Part shown: positions 54,802 to 64,000 of the stretch, in pieces
Position numbering within the stretch: position 1 is the stretch's first letter
Layout of the letters: each line of letters begins with the position of its first letter
NCBI GenBank assembly: GCA_951406725.2
Contig: OX597826.1
Span: 41,850,001 to 41,914,000 of the forward strand
Direction of reading: 5' to 3'
DNA from: Octopus vulgaris
Lineage: Eukaryota
DNA: 64,000 nucleotides
Translations under genes and position numbers: made by a program
Notes under the pieces: generated by a model
Databases searched by the model: none
The model's input: the letters and a program-made list of their open reading frames with translations, nothing else
What the model was told of the DNA's origin: nothing

Positions 54802-54802
<1 letters not shown>
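52993..54802 (-). mobile_element. Young 5'-truncated R4/Dong-type non-LTR retrotransposon inserted in (TAA)n
   Basis: Uninterrupted ORF, short 3'UTR, TTA arrays at both junctions. Confidence 0.96.
53168..54718 (-). CDS. Partial LINE ORF: RT C-terminus/thumb, CCHC zinc knuckle, PD-(D/E)xK restriction-like endonuclease (frame open upstream to about 54800)
   Basis: HLFYMDDLKLY, YKYLGI, RLYLPRAQGGRGL, CRFC..ETVDHLISGC, RHD, KPDIVV..LLIDMSIP..KLRKY. Confidence 0.93.
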   Translation of the reverse strand: MDDLKLYGKDNNELEGLLRTVKAFSDDIGVEFGLEKCAKATFQKGKVKTTNSVALDVDTVIRELEQEQTYKYLGINEGSGIQHASMKEKIRKECYRRVRAVLKSELNAHNKVLAINSLAVPVVTYSYNVLNWNMSEVKNIDRKIRKLLSCNRMHHPKADVDRLYLPRAQGGRGLIQFELAYKTTTIGLAKYLEISNDWMLKLVENHERRKKLHSIIKESKKFAIDLVQDTQTEQPEGSTATIVAKKVKMMAMKKAHEQLADRWEEKPLHGKYVTRSKQADVDQKQTHQWLRSSGLKAESEGFILAAQDQSLLTQNYQANVMKNGADPKCRFCNDMIETVDHLISGCKVLAPVEYKLRHDRVGQYLHWLISRHYNIKTADKWYNHDPEAVTEGENVTILWDFPVHTDRTIKANKPDIVVKDQNNKVCLLIDMSIPCDHNISAKEFDKLRKYKDLLIEIEKMWHLKAVTIPVIVGELGMIKKGTENYMRMIPGLPSLQEVQKIVLTGTSHVLRRALSM

Positions 54803-54838
<36 letters not shown>

Positions 54839-55048
54839 GGCGAGCTGGCAGAATCGTTAGCATGGTGGACGAAATGCTTACCGGTATTTCGCCCGTCGCT
54901 ACATTCTGAGTTCAAATTCTGCTGAGGTCGACTTTGCCTTTCACCCTTTCGTGGTCGATAAATTAAGTACCAGTGAAACACTGGGATCGATCTAATCGAC
55001 TAGTCCCCTCCCATAAAAGTTCTGGTCTTCTGCCTATAGTAGAAAGAA
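54839..55048 (+). mobile_element. SINE family 1 (tail B) flanked by (TTA)n on both sides
   Basis: ggcgagctggcagaatcgttagc..gcctatagtagaaagaattatt. Confidence 0.92.
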
Positions 55049-55072
55049 TTATTATTATTTTTATTATTATCC

Positions 55073-55251
<179 letters not shown>

Positions 55252-55261
55252 TTCATTATCA

Positions 55262-55688
55262 TCTTTCAATTCTATTTCCATTTCTTGCCGAGTGTCTTCC
55301 TGACACCTAGTGCAGAGAAACGCACTGTATATATTTGTAGGCCATTAAAATAAACACACCAGATTGATGATTTACAAAGACATGTGATAGAAAAGAAAGT
55401 GGAAAAAAGACAGAGACAAAAAATAAAAATAAAAAAGTAACCAAAGAAAATAAAAGGGTGGGGTGAAGGAAACAAAAGTTACAGTAACAGTGCTCTTCTC
55501 AGTACGTGTAAGGTACCAGTCAAGATAATCTCTTGCATTTCCTGCTTGGATGGTAAGCCAGGGATCATTCTTAAATAATTCTCAGTTCCTCTTTTGATCA
55601 TTCCAAGTGTTTCTACCATCATTGGTATTGTAACCGTCTTGAGGTGCCACATCTTTTCGATTACCAACTCTTTATATTTTCTGAGCGT
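55262..55688 (-). mobile_element. R4/Dong-type 3' fragment related to the 52993 family
   Basis: IEKMWHLKTVTIP..LTGTLHVLRRAL; 3'UTR ttccatttcttgccgagtgtcttcc. Confidence 0.92.
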
Positions 55689-55722
55689 ATTATTATTATC
55701 ATCATCATCATCATCATCATCA

Positions 55723-55793
<71 letters not shown>

Positions 55794-55794
55794 G

Positions 55795-56355
55795 TTCAGT
55801 AGTCTTATTTTTATGACGTGCTTTCACTGCACTACCGAGCACAGCTCTGTTTGCCTTGGGTATATGCTGTGGTTTGTTGTGATGCTCTTAATTTTACTGT
55901 ATTGAAAGTATTTTACGTAGGATGTGTGCGGTTCCTAGTACTGCTATTTTCTATATGTTATATATACTTGTTAGTCCTGGTGTTTTTGTCTGAATTTTTT
56001 TATCATACCTAATGCGCTTACTATGACAGGAATTGTTTCTGTTTTTAGATTCCACATTCAAGTTACCTCTATTTCCAGATCTTTGTATTTTGAAAGTTTC
56101 TCCGTTTCTTTTAGAAAAAAACATTGTCATCTGTTGGTATTGATACATCGATTAGAAAGCATTTTTTCTTGGTGATCTCTGACAACTATATCCGGCCTAT
56201 TGGCTTTAATTTCTTTATCTGTGTGTATTGCCATATCCCAGAGTATGGCTGCTTTGTCATTTTCTGTGACCTTTTCTGGCGTGTGCGTATACTATCTTTT
56301 TTCTGTTGTAATTCCATAGTGTTGGCATAGCTTCCAATGTATGTAGGTCCCAACT
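55795..56355 (-). mobile_element. R4/Dong-type 3' fragment, distinct 3'UTR
   Basis: IKANRPDIVVRDHQEKCFLIDVSIP, KYKDLEIEV; UTR shared with 56941-57045. Confidence 0.88.
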
Positions 56356-56409
56356 CTGTCGTGTCTGTGAATATATTCTTCCTCCTCTTCTTCTTCTTCT
56401 TCTTCTTCT

Positions 56410-56850
56410 CATCATTATTATTACTCAATATTTTGTAGTTTCAGGCAAAGTTTTACTGCATCACCTGCTACACCTCCGGGATTCTAGGGTGTGTGCCGCA
56501 TTGTTTTTTTGTTGTTGCTTTTTTTTTTACGTTGGGGAAGCGCAGACTCTTCCCGGTATTGTATTGCGCCAGTTTGTTTTGTTTGGGGGTTTGGTTGCAG
56601 TCTCTTTTGTTGTATTAGTGTTCTTATTGTGCATTGTGTGAGTAATGCGAGTTTTGTTCTTCTGTTGGGTATGCGGCCTGTTGGTGATAAATTTATTTTA
56701 TTGTATATTTGTTATATAGAATGTCTTGTATTTGTGGATTATTTGGTTAGGGTTGCATTATTGAATTAATAGTCCCTTGCGTAGGCTGTGGGCTGTTCCT
56801 AGCAAGGATAGTTTTTGGAAGAAATGCATATGTGCATTTTAGTTTTGGGA
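56410..56850 (-). mobile_element. R4/Dong-type ORF end plus about 350 bp 3'UTR, another subfamily
   Basis: QKLSLLGTAHSLRKGL then stop; ends in gagtaataataat; TTA array on the 5' side. Confidence 0.7.
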
Positions 56851-56869
56851 TGAAATGCACACGTATACA

Positions 56870-56939
<70 letters not shown>

Positions 56940-56940
56940 T

Positions 56941-57043
56941 TCAGTAGTTTTATTTTTATAGCGTGCTTTCACTTCACTACCGAGCGCAGCTCTGTGTGCC
57001 TTAGGTATGTGCTGTGATTTGTTGTGATGCTCTGATGGTTATT

Positions 57044-57045
<2 letters not shown>
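56941..57045 (-). mobile_element. 3'UTR-only copy of the 55795 family within (TTA)n
   Basis: cagtagt(c/t)ttatttttat..cgtgctttcact..actaccgagc..agctctgt. Confidence 0.85.
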
Positions 57046-57111
<66 letters not shown>

Positions 57112-57137
57112 GTTATTATTATTATTATTATTATTAT

Positions 57138-57196
<59 letters not shown>

Positions 57197-57659
57197 TATT
57201 ATGATTTCGTCATATTCGATTAAATATTAATTATTTATGTTAATGAAATTTATTTCCCACTTTGTATTCAAACAACTGCAAGCACAAAATTAAAAGTAAT
57301 ACAATAGGTTCCAGTTTTTGTTTTAATATATCCACACTCTACGGTCAATAAACTTAACCAGGAATTTTAACTTGTAATGGATTGTTAAACCATCTATGTA
57401 CAAAGGATTAATAGTCAGTAATCGCAGAAGTGCTTCCTGAGGATACAGTTCAGATATTAATCCCTTTTACATATTATACGAATACACACACGCATGCATA
57501 CATACATACATACATACATACATACATACATACATACATACATACATACATACATACATACGTACGTACGTACATACATACATGCGTATGTTTATACATG
57601 CACATCTAGATTAATATGTCTATCTATTTTAAATATATTGTGTACATACATCTTTTATC

Positions 57660-57837
57660 TTTATCTTTTACTTGTTTCAGTCATCTGACTGCGGCCATGC
57701 TGGAGTACCGTCTTGAAATTTTAGCCGAATGCATCGATCCCAGTACTTATTTTGTTTTAAAGCCTACTACTTATTCTATCGGTTTCTTTTGCCGACCGGT
57801 AGGTTACGGGGACGTAAATCCACCATCACCGGTTGTC
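57660..57837 (-). mobile_element. SINE family 2 3' part
   Basis: ttttacttgtttcagtcat..gactgcggccatgctggag. Confidence 0.8.
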
Positions 57838-58332
57838 CTTATATATTTACATCGTAAATATATAAGGACACAGGAAAAAAATGTGTCGAAGCCATCAGGA
57901 GGCGTCGATGCTTCCTAGGGCTAAACAGCGGTAGTGTAATCCCCTACTGTCACGTTAAATTGACAGTATACCACCATTATATATATATATATAAAGCATC
58001 AGAACGCAGGGCATGGCACCAGTCTTGCTTCCAAATTCAAAGAAATGCTGCTCCTCTGAATGGAAAGCTTACCTGACATTGTGGTTTTTTGACACGACGC
58101 AACATATGCGTTGCCGTTCACTCAAGAAAACGTAGCAATTGATCTACAAGTATTCGAGCATACTGGGTTCTTAACTGAGTCATTTGCCAAAAGGTTTGCA
58201 AGGTGCCAGCAGGGCTCAAGAGACACATTCGTGTCCATAGAACATGATTACCTCTTTATTTTACTGAACCTTCATTTGCCGTTGATGACGAGAGAATCCA
58301 TCACACACACACACAAAAGCACACACACACAC

Positions 58333-58371
<39 letters not shown>

Positions 58372-59124
58372 AGGTGCACAGTTGTCAATGACTGATATCA
58401 GCCTTTATAGCTTCATCCAAACTAGCAGATTCAAACAACGAATTGAAATACACACACACACACACGTGCGCGCGCACAAGTATATAGGAACACCTGCACA
58501 CAGACACACACACACACCATATACATTTTCACAACGATATCTGTCTGTGTACACACAATTCCACCCACCCACTCGACAGACGTCTAATAATCAAACAGGT
58601 CTTTATTGTAACTAAAGCTTAAAGATGGGTGTTCCGTTAAGACAGTAGGTTGATTAAAGGGCAGGTAAGTGTGACTAATATAACGTATCCGACAGCGACA
58701 ATTACACAAATCATGTGGAAATGAATGACAATGACGTCAATTGGGTTGTATTTAGCCCCAGGTCAGTATTAGCCTAACAAAGTTATGATAAAAGAACACC
58801 CCAAACATGACCGCTTTCGTACTTTTTTCAAATACACTAGACTACAAAACTAATTTGTTATTATGGTTTAGCCCCTGGTCAGCCGTAGTCCAGCTGACCT
58901 ATGACTCAAAGGTGAAGGTAAATAGGCGCATACCTAAGAGTCCATGCTGCTTGATCGAACATGAAACCTCGATATTAGGAAGCAAGCTCCTTAAACCATT
59001 CAGCCATACAGCGTCCATATTCTAGTATAATAAGATCATTACGGAAAGCACCCCAGTTGTGACCACCTCGACATATATACCAATATACAGTAGACTATAT
59101 TAAGCGCTCTTGTTTAAAACGACG

Positions 59125-59378
59125 AGATGCTAGAATCGTTATCACACTAGGCAAAATTTCTTAGTGCTATTTCGTCTATACTTACGTTCAGCGAGGTTGA
59201 CTTGTGCGAGGTTGACTTGTGCGAGGTTGATTTGTGCGAGGTTGATTTGTGCGAGGTTGACCTTGCCTTTCATCTTTTCGAGGTCGATGAAATAACAAGC
59301 AGTTGAGCACTGTAGTCGATGTTATCGACTGTCGCCCTTCGCCAAAATTTCACGTCTTGTGTATTTAGTAGAAAGGAT
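59125..59378 (+). mobile_element. Old SINE family 1 copy with internal 15 bp tandem amplification
   Basis: gcgaggttga(c/t)ttgt repeated about five times at 59191-59262. Confidence 0.8.
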
Positions 59379-60792
59379 TCATCGTTTTTTTTGTTTTTGT
59401 TTTTTTGGGGGGTGGGGTGGAGGGGGCTGGAGGGGGCGCATAGATATAGTATCAAAAGGCAATCCCATCTTAATTATTCCAATTATTTTTATCAGCAATT
59501 GTAGGTTATGATTTCAGAGATATTTGCTTGCTATCTCAAGGAAGTCGATTATCCAACCAGAGACCACCTTATTGTCTCCTTATAAAATAAGGGCACCAAA
59601 GTGTGTTCCACTCCGTAATAGCTGAACCTGCTAGAAACAGCAGCCAAACCTCCCTCAAATTATACCTTATCATCTTAAATAAAGTAGCGGACGCACTAGA
59701 TAGTGTACCTCTAATTGCTCAGTGTGAGTTCACATGGCTTAGTGGTTAGGAGTAAGGCAGTGAGTTCGAGTCCTGACATTGCGTTGTGTCGTTTGGCAAG
59801 ACACTTTATTTCATGCATGCGGTTGTTTGCACCCCCACCTCTGTGAATGATAATATATTAGTTTTTGTAGTAATGATATCATCTGTTTGTCAGTGATATC
59901 TTATTTAAAAGTGGTTATAAGAAACTTTAAGTATAATTTTGCGACATAACTTTGAAACACCAATGTACCCCTTGCCATTTCGTCTCCTCAAATTAATTAC
60001 TCTTAATACAAATTCAATATAAAGAATGCATTATTTTCTCAACGTCCAGTCCACGACGTAATCGTTTACTTTACTATGAAAAGCGGAAAAATCTTCCTCA
60101 AATTGCTCTAATGTTTCACGAAAAGGAAGAACATCCGGGTAATGTACTTTTAGATAAACAATATATGTGGGATGGACTGAATGTTTCATTCTACCGGAGC
60201 ATTTACTTAAAGAGGATTCATTTGTTACTAATAACTAACATCAACAACACAATATTTTTTATCAGTTCTCACAATATTATCAGTTTGGGGCCAGAGGTTA
60301 TTAACTGTGATATTTCATATATTTTGGACGATAGACTCTCATATTTTAATGGTAATTAATTAATGCTTTAATGGTAGTTAATGAAAATATTTCTAATTTG
60401 GAAATATTCCGATTATGCATGAAGATATTCAAAATATTGTGAAACTGACGTAATGAAAAATATTTGATAAAGATTAGTAAATAAATATGAAAATATAAGT
60501 GATATGTATGACACATATTCGTGAAGCATTATTTATCTAAAACTAGTGACTCAGTTTGTAGAGAATGTGAAGTGGGTGACAGGGTTCAAACAGAACTAAT
60601 CTTTAGTAATAAACTAATGAAGTTATCGAAGGAGCTTCCCACTGATATGACAGGAGGACGATTGGTGCAAGTCATATAGTGATTAAAAATAATAATGATA
60701 ATAATGATAACAACAACAACAATAATAATAAAATAAACTCTACGGAAACTGGGAGCTAGAGAGAGGCAAGACATGGTATGAGCACAAACCAC

Positions 60793-61292
60793 AGAGGGTG
60801 GCAGAGTTGGAGACTAGCAAAATCCTCTGGGATTTCCCAATCCAAACAGATCAGGTGCTAGAGCATAACATATAGCATTGTCCACCTAGTGATGGTGGAC
60901 AAGGTGCACCACATATGCTATACAGTTGACATTGCATGTCCCTTTGACCCGCGAATAGTCAAGAAGGAAGGCGAAAAGATAGATAAATAAATACAACCCT
61001 CTTAAGTACGAAATAGCCCTGCTACGGAAAATGAAGAAGATGAAGATAGTGCCAATTATTGTTGGGTCCTTGGAAACAGTATCAGAAGGAATCAAGAGGA
61101 ATATAAAGGAAATTGGAATAGAGTGCCCAGTAGAACTCTTACAAAAGGTTTGCCTCCTTGGCACGGCCAGAAAAATCAGGAAAGTATAATATAGCTGAAA
61201 AGAACGAATGGCATAGTACCGTAGACTGCAGGTAGTAAGCCCGCTACGCATGCAAGACTCCAGGAGCTACAACAAAACCTGTGATAAAGAGA
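60793..61292 (+). mobile_element. R4/Dong-type 3' fragment (same family as 46759-47412)
   Basis: KILWDFPIQTDQV, VDIACPFD, LQKVCLLGTARKIRKV; shared 3'UTR. Confidence 0.9.
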
Positions 61293-61309
61293 AAATAATC
61301 ATGATAAAA

Positions 61310-61618
61310 ATAGAATCCCTTGAAATTTCAAATAGGAAGAATTTGGAACATGAGAACAATAAAGGTCGTGCATATAATAGTTGGTGCGTTGGAGACGGTA
61401 AGCAAGGATATAGACAAATGGCCGAAATAGATTGGAATAGAATGCCACGTAGAGCTCCTACAGAAAGTTTGTCTCTTAGGAATAACAAGAATTATCAGGA
61501 GGTTTCTAAGCACTTGAAAGGCAGTTGAAAACTTGTGGATACCTAAGGTTATTGGTAGTAACCCGCTACCTGTATATATCCTACAGGAATAAGACCGAAC
61601 GTGAGCCAAACCAAAAGG

Positions 61619-61619
<1 letters not shown>
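61310..61619 (+). mobile_element. R4/Dong-type 3' fragment ending in (TAA)n
   Basis: IWNMRTIKVVHIIVGALETV..LLQKVCLLGITRIIRRFL; (AAT)n at 61619-61698. Confidence 0.88.
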
Positions 61620-61699
<80 letters not shown>

Positions 61700-62168
61700 G
61701 TTTCAACTTTGATCACAAGGGCAACAATTTTTGGACGTGGGGATGAGACGATTACATCGACTCCAGGGTTCAACTGGTATTTATTTTATCGACCCCGAAA
61801 GGATGAAAGGGAAATTCGACCTCGACGGAATTTGAACTCAGAATGTTGTGACGGGCGAAATACCGCTAAGCATTTCGTCTGGCGCGCTAACGATTCTGCC
61901 AACTCGTCGCCTCAGTACTAATATATTCTGCCAGTCGCCACTTTATGTAAATATAAAAATGGTTTCAAACTTTGGCACGAAGCCAGCAATGTTAGGGTGA
62001 AAGGTTAGTAGAAAACACAGACTCCGGTATTTAATCGGTACTTTATTTTAACTAATCTAAAAGGATGAAAGAAGTTAACCCCGGTGGGATTCGAACTCAG
62101 GACGTAATGAGTCGAAAAAAATTCATCCAAGCATTTTGTCCGACGCGTTAATGTTTCTGCCAGCTCGC
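61700..62168 (-). mobile_element. Two SINE family 1 copies (61700-61912 and about 61970-62168)
   Basis: Core and head on the minus strand; first copy tail runs into the TTA array. Confidence 0.85.
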
Positions 62169-62833
62169 TGAGAATACGAGCCGATACATTATGTGTAAGC
62201 TTGTATACGCGCACGAGTATATTCATTTACAACCACACACACATGCACACACAGATACATTCTCGCACATTAAAAGCGTAATGTGAAATAACTGAGAGTG
62301 GCTAGTGGCGTGGAATCGGATAGCAAGAACCAAGAGGAAAACACTAAATAGCAAAGTAAGATAAATTTTTGATTTACTGCTACTATCTTCGCTTCGAGAG
62401 AAAAGTAAACGAGTATCAGGCAGTAACTGAAACCGACACCAAATGAGGAAGGGAGATAATCTTAAGCAACAGCTATGAACGTCGTTTCACAACTGCTAAC
62501 TCTCAATCTCACCGCATGATAAATTAAGACATTGCCATTTTCTATAATATCGGATTGACCGCATACCTTGTGGGAGAAATATTATAGACGAAGTTGAAAG
62601 AAGCCAATTTGTAATTTTGTAATTCAAAAACTTTGTCACCGATTTTGCTTGAGAATTACATTAAGAGCGTTCAGGACCGTGGGAAATTTAGCCACTTTAG
62701 TAAGTTCATAAGCAAGTAATTCAGTGTGTCGATCATGGTCGAACGACAGTGATGTACTAAACACAAAGACACACACGCATACTCACAACTATAGCCTATG
62801 GGAAAAGGAGATGACCATGGTCAGAAAATCGTG

Positions 62834-62883
<50 letters not shown>

Positions 62884-62906
62884 TAGATAGATAGATAGAT
62901 AGATAT

Positions 62907-62977
<71 letters not shown>

Positions 62978-63439
62978 TACATATATACATATATATATAC
63001 ATATATACATATATATATATATACACACACACATGCAGATATACGTATATGTATATATATGTGTACATATGTGTGTGTGTGTTTGTGTTTATGTATGTAT
63101 GTATGGATGGATGGATGTGGATGTATAGCCAGAGAAAAAGAGAGTGAGATTGACTGAGATAACTATAAGCATGTGTATGTATTTCGACTTGCGTGTGAAC
63201 TTATCCGTGTGTGTGTGTGTGTGTGTGTGTGTACTTGTGTATATCTGGATGTGTCTGTGTGTACATATATGCGTCTATATGTTTTCGAGCCATCTACTTT
63301 TAGTAGTAATCTCCTTACAACAAACATATCTCAGCATTGGGTACAACAAACTACCATTATGTGGCTTAAAGTAAAACTTGTTATATTTAAGGTCCCTATT
63401 TTGGCTAATTTCGAAGTATATTAATCTTTCGACTACCGG

Positions 63440-63678
63440 GCTGTTAGGTTCCAAAATCCCCCGCGATTGGTGAAAATCCGCGAAGTAGAAACAGCACTGT
63501 ACTGTATACTTCTTAAAATTGTTTTTATAATTTGTGTATATTATATTATTAATGCAAAACAAAACCACGGAAGAATCGACGTAAGCTTAAATAATAAACC
63601 CCGATAGGTGAACCGCGATAGGTGAACAGCGATAGGTGAACCGCGATAGGTGAACCGCGATATGGCGAGGGATTACTG
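63440..63678. mobile_element. pogo/Tigger-like MITE end with 14 bp subterminal tandem repeats
   Basis: Terminus ggcgagggattactg-TA; ccgcgataggtgaa repeated at 63599-63661; opposite TIR not identified. Confidence 0.6.
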
Positions 63679-63794
63679 TATTCGACTCTCTTCTTTCCTG
63701 TTCAATCATTAGATTGTGGCTATGCTGAAGCCATAATTTTGACGACATTTTAGTCGAATGTATCGACCACAGTATTCGTTCTTTTTTCAAAGCT

Positions 63795-64000
63795 TGGCAC
63801 TTATTCTATCAGTGTTTTGCGAACCGCTATGTTACGGGGACGTAAAACATCAGCAACGGTTGTCAAGTGATGGTTTGGTGGGTGACAAATAGACACAAAG
63901 ACACACACGCACACACACATACACATATATTCATATACATACGTGCGACCGAGAGGCTACTTTCAGTTTCCGTCTACCAAATGCACTCACAAGGTTTTGG
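63795..64000 (-). mobile_element. SINE family 2, runs off window end
   Basis: acttattctatc..gaaccgcta..ttcagtttccgtctaccaaat. Confidence 0.85.

Noticed and set aside
63599-63661. CRISPR-like repeats (also 59191-59262)
   Set aside because: Contiguous tandem units without spacers in eukaryotic transposon context; no cas genes

Overview
Eukaryotic, repeat-saturated, apparently intergenic or intronic DNA. It is most likely octopus or another coleoid cephalopod (inferred from SINE make-up and extreme microsatellite density, not confirmed by search). No host gene is supportable, and almost all ORF-track entries are microsatellite artefacts. The only long clean ORF (53168-54718, minus) is the RT C-terminus, CCHC zinc knuckle and restriction-like endonuclease of a 5'-truncated R4/Dong-type LINE. 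Contents: about 13 R4/Dong-type fragments with several distinct 3'UTRs, many stacked in (TAA)n arrays with one polarity; one decayed L1/Tx1 LINE; four tRNA-SINE families, one forming dimers and multimers; Tc1, mariner and DD37D maT relics; a foldback mariner; a MULE-type MITE with internal telomeric repeats; a non-autonomous Helitron; and Penelope-like fragments with minimal hammerhead folds and hairpins in (TA)n. Most notable: SINE (TTA)n tails that appear to act as landing pads for TAA-targeting LINEs, a circularly permuted ~220 nt repeat, GGTA microhomology at SINE 3' junctions, and several ribozyme-like folds. Boundaries were read by eye and are approximate unless a TSD or TIR is quoted.
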